In this document: positions 11,501 through 17,507 of the stretch, one piece after another
How positions within the stretch are numbered: position 1 is the stretch's first letter
Layout of the letters: each line of letters starts with the position of its first letter
Origin: an uncultured Candidatus Saccharibacteria bacterium
Lineage (GTDB): Bacteria; Patescibacteriota; Minisyncoccia; Phycocordibacterales; UBA9973
Direction: 5' to 3'
Assembly: GCA_964500465.1 (NCBI GenBank)
Contig: CAZCNB010000004.1
Location: 1,160 to 65,159, forward strand
Length of the DNA stretch: 64,000 nt
Translations under genes and position numbers: made by a program
The notes under the pieces: model-generated
Database searches by the model: none
What the model was told of the DNA's origin: nothing
Seen by the model: the letters and a program-made list of their open reading frames with translations, nothing else

Positions 11501-11780
11501 TGGCGGCGGTGGATCCGGAGCTCTAGGTACAGCAGTTTTGACAGGGGATTCTGTTTCAAGTGTTACTGTTGATAACGGAGGTTCTAATTACACGAGTGTA
11601 CCTAGTGTAGTATTCAATAGTAATTGTCCTACAACTGGTGGAGGTGGAGGTGGAGGTGGAGATATAGGTTTCTTGTACGATAAAAAGAGAATGTTTGCAC
11701 TGCTTGATCAGTCTGGACTTATAAATATTAAAAGTTACTTCTCTAAAATTTTCACAAGTAAGTTTAATTACTTTAAATAA
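2529..11780 (+). CDS. Giant (3083 aa) secreted surface protein made of autotransporter-associated beta-strand (PATR-type) repeats. It is a probable adhesin.
   Basis: It has a GTG start and a signal peptide (IFAIFFVAVFLFSFNTKFTEA). Dozens of ~32-aa repeats of the type G.GTLTLSG.NTYTG.TTI..GTL.LG appear. There are six ~150-aa modules of the form LKLGAAGGATNTPLGTTAG...LDLNGFTLG. The protein is Gly/Thr/Ser-rich. No C-terminal beta-barrel is recognisable. Confidence 0.85.
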   Translation: MKKNFTNSIRIFAIFFVAVFLFSFNTKFTEAATRTWTGTTSGSWSVASNWGGTAPVTGDDLVFPSGASNLSNTNDFIENTIFNSITFSGSGYTISGNPIILGAGLAGITDSVSSGGNTIALDIRLDVTRDIVVTNTTETLTISGRISGVGGINKEGTGKLILSGANTFGGILKINVGVVNAQNNTALGTIAGGTEVVGNAALELQGNINISYEALALRGYGPSSGGALRNISGNNNFSGLITMVAGGAEISSDSGTLTLLGGSSGGFPLTIDGSGNITFDKTPIIAGATVTKNGAGTLKYNFPNTYTGLTTINAGTLLYGVDNAILTGGITVTGGTLDIATYSDMVGTVTLGTLDLASGTITGTTGMLSSATWTLYNGTISAIIAGDGGTITKSTPGTVVLTRPNQFTGAVTISTGILEVQDSNALGLIDGITTVTAGATLQINGSGLSIPEYITFSGTGHLYTGAIRNKTGNNTLTGLLTLGTAGLIESDSGTTLTIDGKGLSAANIGLVIGGAGNVTFTSNAPIYGSGATLTKNDTGTLTLQGFNNFTGSTNLSRGEIVLSGSGAIPNSAITIGSGGTLTIDNSTTSALNRLSETAALTMNGGTFKFIGSSSGDVAESTGALTLASGHNIIDISPGSGGSTTMTFSSLSRTAGATALFRGTNFGSKPGSNVSTLMFTSAPTLIGGGGAANSPTISIIKGVFGDTSLSGTGSDMVTYNIGNTYGIRLLNSVGFTGEYSGDLNTPNANVKLTLDRAATTTNTNSIILDGFNITNPGGATTLPIASASLAGNILIDSATNIDGANTTLGITTFELNILASSNSTISAVIGTAVAGSLTLSGTGNVTLSGASAYTGTTSINNATLTAGANNILSTGGLTVIGGTYNIGNFSESLGAVILQNGTITGGSGVLTSTASYSFREGTVSAIIAGAVAVTRIATNTAADSVVTMTRNNTYTGATTITSGILRLGGAGDATNTPLGTTAGSTTVANIAALDLNGFTLGTAEAISIAGLGYGLGSTVANGNSNLGAIMNSSASAVSYSGAITLTAAARINADSGNLTISSAFSGAFGLTIGGFSNSTLSGVIGIGTGTITKDGIGVLTLSNSNTYTGSTTISAGTLKLGAAGGATNTPLGTTAGITTVSTGARFDLNGFTLGAAEPLTLNGVGYGLGDFASGALINSSGSTVSYSGLITLGSSGVLIKADSGTINLTNTGTISGATFALTLGGTGIGTLSSIIGTTTGTVTKIDTGTWTLSAAASTYTGATTINRGTLKLGVAGGATNTPLGTTGGGTSILSGGVLDLAGFTLGTAEALTINGRGINDGGALINSGGAATFAGAITQATDSRITNSGSGLLTLSGAISGVFALYIGGTNNITTAVLGMGTGTLTKQGSGTVTATGTHTYTGETRIDEGTFAYGATTTLAATNLLMKGGTFNSGANADTIGTVTLVGGTITNSAALTGTAYTFESGTISGILAGAVAVTKNTNNTVNLTGVNTISSTITINAGTLSLSGAGTATAVTGVTVNLGGTLTLDNSTTNSGDRLSGTTNNIVITMNGGNLNFIGNSAAAASETLGKLALASGHNVVTVTPGAGGSTTLTFGNNPGFNRTAGATVLFRGTSFGATPAANVSTLIFSTAPTLTGAAGAANSTTISVIKGAFGDSSLSGTGSDMVTYNVGNTNGLRLLNGAGFAGEYATALTTNTNVKLSANTVASTASINSLILNGFGITNPGSAATLTIGSASLAANILMNSSTDIAGANTTVAFSTVELSVLANNTSTISAVLNTAASGPMTLSGSGNVTLSAANAYTGTTTINNATLTYGVSNAISTGGLTIVGGLVNLNGNSDTVGTISINAGRITTGAGTLTGNGTFSTVANNNVASTITGNLGLGANATFTINDGLMDNDAFISAVISGAFTFAKAGAGVLELSGSNTYTGTTTISAGILRLGAAGDATNTPLGTTAGSTTVSGASSALDLNGFTLGTSEALTLSGALATGALQNTSSTAVAYSGLITLGAASTIISNYGDVNISNTGTITGATFGLTIGGAGNGTLSSILGTTSGTLTKNGLGVWTLSGSSTYTGLTTISAGTLKLGAAGGATNTPLGTTGGATSITSGAILDLNGFTLGTSEAVTINGTGIANYGAFINSTNNTISYTGAITMGAASRIVNYGTGVMTISGNISGNFALTVVAVGNFTQATNSIWSGTGSLVKEGSGTLILSGQNTMTGAMTVSTGTLQLGANGGVTNTPLGTIAGGVTVSAGAVLDLSTFTAGGASTWEPLTLNGSGLLNGGALISNSTTGSSFATVAQTNARVVNNGSGALVITGAVTGGSTFWVGGSGNTTISGALNTAGLLLTKYGAGTLTLSSATNINTSLVRINAGTLAYGVADALSTPPVTVAGGTLNLNGFNETNLGALTLIDGSVVNTGAAATLTSTATYTLEKGTVSAVLGGTVVAVIAKNTAGKVILSGDNTFSGTSATIAVNAGYLNLQHSNALGAAASANTTTISGGATLELENSVTIPSVKAITANGTGMSRSGAIRSVSGTNSIGANVTLGTTNVRINSDSGTLTIPTISGNTFNLIFGGAGNTTVSGAISTTTGSLTKDGAGSLTLSGVNTYTGSTTAIAGTIVANSTSSIGDGSNANNTFIFRGGTLQATGTITSASTRAFSLATNAIIDTNGNSISIAGTVGSTGGLTVNGAGTLTLTGTTTIGGNLTIASGTFVAPTTMTVNGDFSNSGTFTHNNGSLTLTPTNSTLTTNILGSSNTTFYNLINTTPGSTVKLKAGNTYTFANVLNLTGVDGNPISINSDTPDSQWLMTLSGSSSISYLKVKDSGCSGGNSVGASSNIYNYGNNGPCWSFVTPTHGGGGGGYIEGSGALGTVVLTGNVVTGVIITNGGGGYSTPPTVKFCGGGGSGALGTAVLSSGSVSSVTIDNGGSGYSSSVTVVFGSNCPTTGGGGGGTGGSSSARATAVVSSNVVQSVTIDFGGSGYTSTPTVKFCGGGGSGALGTAVLTGDSVSSVTVDNGGSNYTSVPSVVFNSNCPTTGGGGGGGGDIGFLYDKKRMFALLDQSGLINIKSYFSKIFTSKFNYFK
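4441..10100 (+). repeat. Large internal duplication inside the giant gene (~2.8-kb unit). The two anchor segments are at 4441-4800 and 7263-7620, and the PATR modules between and after them recur.
   Basis: Translated segment GSGGSTTMTFSSLSRTAGATALFRGTNFGSKPGSNVSTLMFTSAPTLIGGGGAANSPTISIIKGVFGDTSLSGTGSDMVTYNIGNTYGIRLLN recurs as GAGGSTTLTFGNNPGFNRTAGATVLFRGTSFGATPAANVSTLIFSTAPTLTGAAGAANSTTISVIKGAFGDSSLSGTGSDMVTYNVGNTNGLRLLN about 940 aa downstream. Confidence 0.7.
11090..11670 (+). repeat. Four tandem ~45-aa Gly-rich repeats at the C-terminus of the giant protein. Exact nucleotide repeats underlie them.
   Basis: There are alternating units ...GALGTxVLxxxxVSSVTIDNGGSGYxSxPTVKFCGGGGSG and ...VVFxSNCPTTGGGGGG. 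The string gttaaattctgtggcggcggtggatccggagctctagg occurs twice (~11218 and ~11494). The string aattgtcctacaactggygg also occurs twice. Confidence 0.7.
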
Positions 11781-11820
11781 CCAAACGATTAATTTATTCT
11801 TGCCCCCGCTATTTCTATCG

Positions 11821-11849
11821 TTGCTCAAATTTTCCATTTAACTTATAAT
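11821..11849 (+). promoter_or_regulatory. Candidate sigma70-type promoter, TTGCTC-17-TATAAT. The ATG at 11857 lies 8 nt downstream of the -10, so the transcript would be leaderless.
   Basis: TTGCTC is at 11821-11826, a 17-nt spacer follows, and TATAAT is at 11844-11849. No Shine-Dalgarno motif sits between the -10 and the start codon. Confidence 0.4.
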
Positions 11850-11856
11850 ATCAAGT

Positions 11857-12366
11857 ATGTCTACTAACTTCAGGATTGATGAATCAAGCACATCTGATCA
11901 ATATGAATCCCAAGACCGTGTTTTTACAACAAGGATTGTAAAAAAAAGACCATTTATGACCAAACGAAAGTTTACAAATACCATCATGCTGATAGCTTTA
12001 TTAATAGCACTTTCTTTTAGTGGATATTTGTATTATAAGCTCAACAATCTACAAAAAAATACTAAAGAAAATGTCGATAAAGAATCAAAAGATTTACTTA
12101 GTAAGGTTGCACGGTTATATTTAATACCAACTGGTGAAGAACCAACTATAGCTACAGTTTCAGATCCAGTTAAATTAAAAGATCAATCTTTTTTTTCTAG
12201 TTCTCAAAAAGGTGACAAAGTTCTTATTTTTTCTGAAGCAGGAAAAGCTGTGCTATATAGACCAAGTATAGATAAGATTATAGAAGTTGCTCCAATAAAT
12301 AATTCTAAGAAAGATGCTAAAGTACCTGAAAAAACAACAGAACCAACTAAAGATAAGACATTTTAG
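11857..12366 (+). CDS. Small membrane-anchored hypothetical protein. The N-terminus is cytoplasmic, there is one TM helix, and the tail is extracytoplasmic.
   Basis: It is an ORF of 169 aa with a TM helix IMLIALLIALSFSGYLYY. No family could be assigned. It sits at the 5' edge of the surface-protein island. Confidence 0.5.
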   Translation: MSTNFRIDESSTSDQYESQDRVFTTRIVKKRPFMTKRKFTNTIMLIALLIALSFSGYLYYKLNNLQKNTKENVDKESKDLLSKVARLYLIPTGEEPTIATVSDPVKLKDQSFFSSSQKGDKVLIFSEAGKAVLYRPSIDKIIEVAPINNSKKDAKVPEKTTEPTKDKTF

Positions 12367-13393
12367 TCTAATTGCATCATTTGTTTTCTTCCTGTCTCTT
12401 CTTTATCCATTCTCACAAATTTTTGCAGCACTATCTTGTAATGTTACTACTCAGGCAGCTTGTACTGGCGGAAGTGTAATACTCTTGCGCATGTCTGGTT
12501 CTACAAACGCTCACGCTGAACTTCCAAGTCAATCAAATACAAACTATGACAACTATGTTATATGTTGTTCAAGTTCTTCATCTATTGGAAATTCATGCAG
12601 TGCGTTTAATAAACAAGTGTTTTTAAAACTATCCGGTGTAACCAATGGCACTGTTCAAGAAACAAGTGTTAATACTTATGGAACTGATGCATGTCTTTCT
12701 GATGCAGTAGGGAACGATACTATTACTGTAGGATATCAGAATTCAAATTGTACTGGATACGACACTACTCTTGCTTCAATTTCTTCTTCAGATAATGCTC
12801 ATATAGGAGACGGCAGCGCTTATACTAGAAAAGTTTGTGCAACTGTCATACCTCAAACTATTTCTTTTGATATAGATACTGCATCTGACTTTAGTAATGG
12901 AGAGTCAAGTGCTCCATATTCTGTTGATTTGGGGACAATAACTACATCTACTGTTAAACATTCAGACAGTTCAACAGTGCGCATGATTGTATTAGAAGGA
13001 GATACAAATGCAGCCGGTGGCATGGTAGTAACAGTTCGAAATGCAAATGGTACAAACGGTCTAGTGTCTACATCAACTCCAGCAGATAACATAAACAGTG
13101 CAACAGCAACAATGGCAAACGGTACAGAAAACTATGGACTATGTGTTGCAACAGCTGGACTTACTGGATTTTCTAGGTCAACTGGCTATAGTTCTGATTC
13201 GTGTTCGCTTGCTTCAGGCACTAATGGTGTCCAAGCTCTAAGTACAACTCCAACAAGTATTATCAATTCTGCTGGAGCTCCAATTACCGGGGGTCATGCT
13301 GAGGTTGTTGTAAATGGAGCAGTTAGTGCAACAACTGCGTCTCACAACGACTACGCGGACACTCTAACATTCATTGCTACAGGGACATTTTAA
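12314..13393 (+). CDS. Secreted surface protein, paralog A. It has a signal peptide, a Cys-rich N-terminal region and a shared C-terminal ~190-aa domain that looks WxL-like with Met in place of Trp.
   Basis: The signal peptide is KIRHFSLIASFVFFLSLLYPFSQIFAA. The C-terminal domain runs from ISFDIDT... through RMIVLEGDTNAAGGMVVTVRNANG... to the terminal motif YADTLTFIATGTF*. This domain is shared with the downstream gene. Its first 17 codons overlap the preceding ORF. Confidence 0.7.
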   Translation: MLKYLKKQQNQLKIRHFSLIASFVFFLSLLYPFSQIFAALSCNVTTQAACTGGSVILLRMSGSTNAHAELPSQSNTNYDNYVICCSSSSSIGNSCSAFNKQVFLKLSGVTNGTVQETSVNTYGTDACLSDAVGNDTITVGYQNSNCTGYDTTLASISSSDNAHIGDGSAYTRKVCATVIPQTISFDIDTASDFSNGESSAPYSVDLGTITTSTVKHSDSSTVRMIVLEGDTNAAGGMVVTVRNANGTNGLVSTSTPADNINSATATMANGTENYGLCVATAGLTGFSRSTGYSSDSCSLASGTNGVQALSTTPTSIINSAGAPITGGHAEVVVNGAVSATTASHNDYADTLTFIATGTF

Positions 13394-13502
13394 GTAAAGT
13401 TATCCACATATATAGACGTTTTTTTGGTTATTTGGATATTTTTATGATAAAATATACGTATAAAAAGTGGCATTATTATTATTAATTTACAAGAAGTTTG
13501 TT

Positions 13503-14702
13503 ATGAATATTATTAAAATTATAAAATCTGTTTCTTCTAAGTTTGCTACCAGTTTTCTTATCGTAGCTTTGGTTGTTGTAAGTACATTTGGACCACAGTT
13601 GGCAACAGCTGCGTCCTTTACAACATCAAAGGACACTACTACGCGTCTAAAGTTATCTACTACTGCGGACCATATAATTAACTTCACATTACCAACTGGA
13701 GTTACTTTTGATGTATCTGGTAACACTGACGTCCTACGCGTTGATTTTCCTTCTTCCTTTACTCAGGGTGGTACTTGGCAAACAGCTGATTTTACATTTA
13801 ACGACGGTACAGCAAGAACAGTGAATGCTGTTTCAGCAGGAGCTGGTACTATAGATGTTACTTGTACAGATGCTGCCAACAACGTTGGTGTTGCTATCGA
13901 TACGACTAACTTAGTATTTACAGTTAAACCTTGTGGAGCATCATTCACAGCTTCAGGTTCTGCAGCTACTGTGACATTCACAATATTTGGTACAACAACT
14001 ACAGGTACTGGAACCTTAACTAATCCTTCATCTGTTGCTGCAACTAATATAGACTTTGGTATGTGTGACGAAACAGCTTCATGTACTTCTTCATACACAA
14101 ACTCACATTCAAGTCAGATTGCATATGCGATAGCTGATGATGATCAAGTTAACGTCTCTGCGATTGTAGGTTCATCAATAAACTTCGATATAGATACTTC
14201 TGTTGCAGATGCTGAAACAAACACACCTTATACTGTTGCTCTCGGTACTGTTACAACCGCTGATACACGCATTTCAGGAAGTACTGACAGTGTGAACATG
14301 ATAATACTAGAAGGTGACACTACTGGTGCCGGTGGCATGGTAGTAACAGTTCGAAATGCAAACGGTACAAACGGTTTAGTATCTACATCAACTCCTGCAG
14401 ATAACATAAACAGTGCAACAGCAACAATGGCAAACGGTACAGAAAACTATGGACTATGTGTTGCAACAGCTGGACTTACTGGATTTTCAAGAGCTGGATC
14501 ATATAACTCAGGTACATGTGCGCTAAACACTCTCAGTGATGTGAAGGCTCTAAGTACAACAGATGCTAATATAATCAGCACCACAGGACCATTTACTGGA
14601 GGCCATGCTGAAGTTGTAGTAAGTGCTGCTATAAGTACTTCAACTGTTGCTCACAATGACTACGCCGACACACTTACCTTTATTGCTACAGGTACATTCT
14701 AA
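13503..14702 (+). CDS. Secreted surface protein, paralog B, carrying the same C-terminal domain
   Basis: The probable start is MNIIKIIKSVSSKFATSFLIVALVVVSTFGPQLATAA, which is a signal peptide. The C-terminal 190 aa are paralogous to 12314..13393 and include a near-identical 161-nt stretch. It ends in the identical motif HNDYADTLTFIATGTF*. Confidence 0.7.
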   Translation: MNIIKIIKSVSSKFATSFLIVALVVVSTFGPQLATAASFTTSKDTTTRLKLSTTADHIINFTLPTGVTFDVSGNTDVLRVDFPSSFTQGGTWQTADFTFNDGTARTVNAVSAGAGTIDVTCTDAANNVGVAIDTTNLVFTVKPCGASFTASGSAATVTFTIFGTTTTGTGTLTNPSSVAATNIDFGMCDETASCTSSYTNSHSSQIAYAIADDDQVNVSAIVGSSINFDIDTSVADAETNTPYTVALGTVTTADTRISGSTDSVNMIILEGDTTGAGGMVVTVRNANGTNGLVSTSTPADNINSATATMANGTENYGLCVATAGLTGFSRAGSYNSGTCALNTLSDVKALSTTDANIISTTGPFTGGHAEVVVSAAISTSTVAHNDYADTLTFIATGTF

Positions 14703-14721
14703 AAATTAACTCTTTAATTAA

Positions 14722-15753
14722 ATGCCCACTTTCTCTAACAAAAGAGTCGCAAATACTCTACTAATACTGGTTGCTATAGTGTGCTTTTCTTATGCACAAA
14801 ATGTTTCAGCACTAAGCATTTCTCCAGTAAGAGTTGAGGTAAGTGGTAATCCTGGTGAGACTATAGAAAAAGAGACAACCCTAATAAATGATAGTGATGC
14901 TTCAGAAGTAATATACTATTCTTCATATGCCAACTTTGAAGCATCTGGAGATACGGGTAATCCTTCTTTTGTAGAAGGTAATCATGACATAGCAACATGG
15001 ATGTTTGTTCCTGCTTCAATTAGCCTAAAACCTAAAGAGTCTAAAAAGATAAACTTAAAAATTGAAATTCCAAAAGATGCTGAACCAGGAGGTCACTTCG
15101 GTGCAGTGTTTTGGGGTACTAGTCCAAACAATCCAGGCTCAGGTGTTTCTATCGGTGCAAAAACTGGAGTCCTAGTCCTTCTTTCTGTAAATGGAGATGT
15201 AAAAGAGGGTGGAGGACTAGTTGATTTTGTTTTGAAAGATAAAAAAGTATTTTATAACACACTACCAGTATCTCTTGTATATAGATTTAGAAATGATGGA
15301 GGTGATCGTATAAAACCAGTAGGTAAAATTACTATGCATGATTTATTCTATATACCTGAGGATAAAATAAATGCGAATCCTACAAGTGGTAATATCCTCC
15401 CTAATAGTACTCGACGTTTTGAGGTTGATTGGGTTAAAAATCCAAGAGCTAAAGATTACGTAGAACCTAATGGACCTATAGGGAAATTTTTTGATAAGGC
15501 ACTTTACCAATGGAAAAACTATGCTTTTGGACCATATTTTGCAAAATTGGATCTTCTTTATGGTACAAATGCAACCCGTGTTTCTAAAACAGTTTTCTTC
15601 TTTGTATTTCCTTGGCAATTATTAATATGCCTAGCGGTCATCTTGTTTATTGTATTTTGGGGAGGAAGGAAACTACTTAGACGTTACAATAGATACATAA
15701 TACAAAAGGCTCGTCTTGGTATTAAAACACCAAACGATGCCGGTCATGAGTAA
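14722..15753 (+). CDS. Cell-surface protein with an N-terminal Ig-like beta domain and a C-terminal TM anchor. It resembles DUF916/DUF3324 (CscA-like) proteins of WxL clusters.
   Basis: It has a signal peptide. The segment SISPVRVEVSGNPGETIEKETTLINDSD...KESKKINLKIEIPKDAEPGGHFGAVFWG fits the DUF916-like pattern as I remember it. A C-terminal TM helix (FFFVFPWQLLICLAVILFIVFW) is followed by the basic tail GGRKLLRRYNRY. Confidence 0.55.
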   Translation: MPTFSNKRVANTLLILVAIVCFSYAQNVSALSISPVRVEVSGNPGETIEKETTLINDSDASEVIYYSSYANFEASGDTGNPSFVEGNHDIATWMFVPASISLKPKESKKINLKIEIPKDAEPGGHFGAVFWGTSPNNPGSGVSIGAKTGVLVLLSVNGDVKEGGGLVDFVLKDKKVFYNTLPVSLVYRFRNDGGDRIKPVGKITMHDLFYIPEDKINANPTSGNILPNSTRRFEVDWVKNPRAKDYVEPNGPIGKFFDKALYQWKNYAFGPYFAKLDLLYGTNATRVSKTVFFFVFPWQLLICLAVILFIVFWGGRKLLRRYNRYIIQKARLGIKTPNDAGHE

Positions 15754-16633
15754 TATAAAATCAATATTATCTTTTGCCCTTATTTTTTTAGTGGCTTCAG
15801 CTATACCTATTTATGTTTTTGCTATAGATTACTCTCTGCCTCCTGAAAATGTATCAGTTTCTGCTGTTGTTACTGGACCAATTATTGGTCCTATAGATGA
15901 TGGTGGTGGAGGTGGTGGAATGTTATATGGTCTTATATTTTCAGGTTGGGCTTATCCAGGAGCCACAGTGCATATAATGAAAGACGGTATTCCTAAGACA
16001 ACTACTTTAGCAAATAGTGAAGGTTATTTTAGTGTTACTCTTAGCGAATTATATAAATCAAATGTTTTATATACTTTATACGCTATAGATAAAGATAATA
16101 GACGATCTATATTACTAAACTATCCAATTGTAGTGAAAATAGGTTATTTTACTCAAATCTCTGGTATCCGTTTCCCACCAACCATATCTACTGATAAAAA
16201 TGAAGTAAAAGCAGGAGATTCAATAATTGTACGAGGTTATGCTTTACCAAATAAACTTCTTGATGTTGTAATACAGGGTATTAGCGGAAAAACTTTTTAT
16301 GTAACTAGTAATCCAGATGGAACTTATGAGTTACCCATATCACTTTTTGGATTTAGAAAAAATAATTACAACTTACACGTAAATTATAATTTGGATAAAA
16401 AAATAAGTAAGGTTATTCAATTTACAATAGGTGACGCTAATATTTTAAGTGTAGATTTGGTTAATAACTTACCAGGCGATTGTAATGCTGACCAAATTAT
16501 AAATATAGTAGATTTTTCTGTTGCAGCTTTTTGGTATGGTAAACCAAATCCACCACGTTGTATAGATACTAATAACGACAATACTATCAATCTTATCGAT
16601 TTTTCTATATTGGCATTTTACTGGACTGGATAA
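15746..16633 (+). CDS. Secreted protein with two CarboxypepD_reg/Cna-B-like beta-sandwich domains and a C-terminal dockerin-like double EF-hand module
   Basis: The start at 15746 overlaps the upstream stop. A signal peptide and a poly-Gly linker (DDGGGGGGM) are present. PGATVHIMKDGIPKTTTLANSEGYFSV and AGDSIIVRGYALPNK...SNPDGTYELPI are Cna-B-like. The C-terminus DCNADQIINIVDFSVAAFWYG...DTNNDNTINLIDFSILAFYWTG has two D-x-N-x-D-x3-N-x2-D loops, each followed by a hydrophobic helix, which is the dockerin signature. Confidence 0.65.
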   Translation: MSNIKSILSFALIFLVASAIPIYVFAIDYSLPPENVSVSAVVTGPIIGPIDDGGGGGGMLYGLIFSGWAYPGATVHIMKDGIPKTTTLANSEGYFSVTLSELYKSNVLYTLYAIDKDNRRSILLNYPIVVKIGYFTQISGIRFPPTISTDKNEVKAGDSIIVRGYALPNKLLDVVIQGISGKTFYVTSNPDGTYELPISLFGFRKNNYNLHVNYNLDKKISKVIQFTIGDANILSVDLVNNLPGDCNADQIINIVDFSVAAFWYGKPNPPRCIDTNNDNTINLIDFSILAFYWTG

Positions 16634-16640
16634 CTAGAAT

Positions 16641-17507
16641 ATGAAAAAAATTTTATTTATAATAGTAATATTTTTTGTTCACACACTTACTACACACGCA
16701 GCAAGTGTTTCTATTGTTGCACCTACAACAGTTGAAACCACAAATCAGTTTAATGTTTCTGTGTATCTAAATACCGAAGGGGTATCAATAAATTCTATCG
16801 ATATTACATTATCTTACCCAGATGACATTATGATCTTTCAGGGATATAAAGAAGATGGTGGAGTCAAGAAAATTTGGATTCAAACTCCAAAAGAACAGAA
16901 TGGCACTATTCGTTTTTCTGGTATTATTCCTGGTGGTGTAAATGGTATTTATGATCCAGATAAGATCGGATTACAACCTGTGCCACTTACTACTTTACTT
17001 TTTTCTCCAAGAGCGAATGGTTCTGGTGATCTATCAATACTTAATTCCAAGATTTTACAAAATGATGGAATTGGAAGTGAATTACTTCACACAATTTCTA
17101 ATCAAAAAATCCTAGTCAGTATCTCGAACGAATCTCTAGAAGAAAACAAACAATCTATTTTAGACAAAGAATTACCTGAACCATTTAAGATTGAATTCAT
17201 ACCATCAGGTTTATTTTCAGAAACACCCTCCATGATATCTTTTTTTGCAGTGGATAATTTATCTGGAGTAGCAAAATATCAAGTAAAAGATGGGAGTAGT
17301 ATATGGAAGGATGCTACAAGTCCACTAGTTACTCCAAAAGGGATAGTTAAAAGAACTATAACCGTACGAGCTATAGATTTCTCAGGGAATGTGCGTGAAT
17401 CTAGTATAGATATACCAGGCATACTTTCTGCGATACAATTGGTGGCAGTTTTTATACTTTTCACTGTTTGCTACTTCATGTTTTTTGTGGTAAAAAGAAG
17501 AAGATGA
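16641..17507 (+). CDS. Membrane-anchored cohesin-like protein 1
   Basis: It has a signal peptide. ASVSIVAPTTVETTNQFNVSVYLNTEGVSINSIDITLSYPDDIMIF...GTIRFSGIIPGG fits the beta-strand pattern of a cohesin domain. A C-terminal TM helix LVAVFILFTVCYFMFFVV is followed by KRRR. Confidence 0.6.
   Translation: MKKILFIIVIFFVHTLTTHAASVSIVAPTTVETTNQFNVSVYLNTEGVSINSIDITLSYPDDIMIFQGYKEDGGVKKIWIQTPKEQNGTIRFSGIIPGGVNGIYDPDKIGLQPVPLTTLLFSPRANGSGDLSILNSKILQNDGIGSELLHTISNQKILVSISNESLEENKQSILDKELPEPFKIEFIPSGLFSETPSMISFFAVDNLSGVAKYQVKDGSSIWKDATSPLVTPKGIVKRTITVRAIDFSGNVRESSIDIPGILSAIQLVAVFILFTVCYFMFFVVKRRR

Noticed and set aside
10980-11670. Possible CRISPR-like array suggested by exact short DNA repeats
   Set aside because: The repeats are in frame inside a protein-coding tandem-repeat region. 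Their spacing is irregular and they are Gly-codon rich. There are no cas genes and no repeat-spacer architecture.
11556-11837. Minus-strand ORF overlapping the 3' end of the giant gene
   Set aside because: It overlaps a real CDS. Its STSTSTS low-complexity translation mirrors the Gly-rich repeats on the sense strand.
12314-14702. C-terminal ...TLTFIATGTF as an outer-membrane beta-barrel beta-signal
   Set aside because: The alternating hydrophobic pattern with a terminal Phe resembles a BAM beta-signal. However, the proteins are too Ser/Thr/Gly-rich and lack amphipathic strand periodicity elsewhere. The lineage is probably monoderm. A WxL-like terminal motif is a better fit, though that too is unverified.
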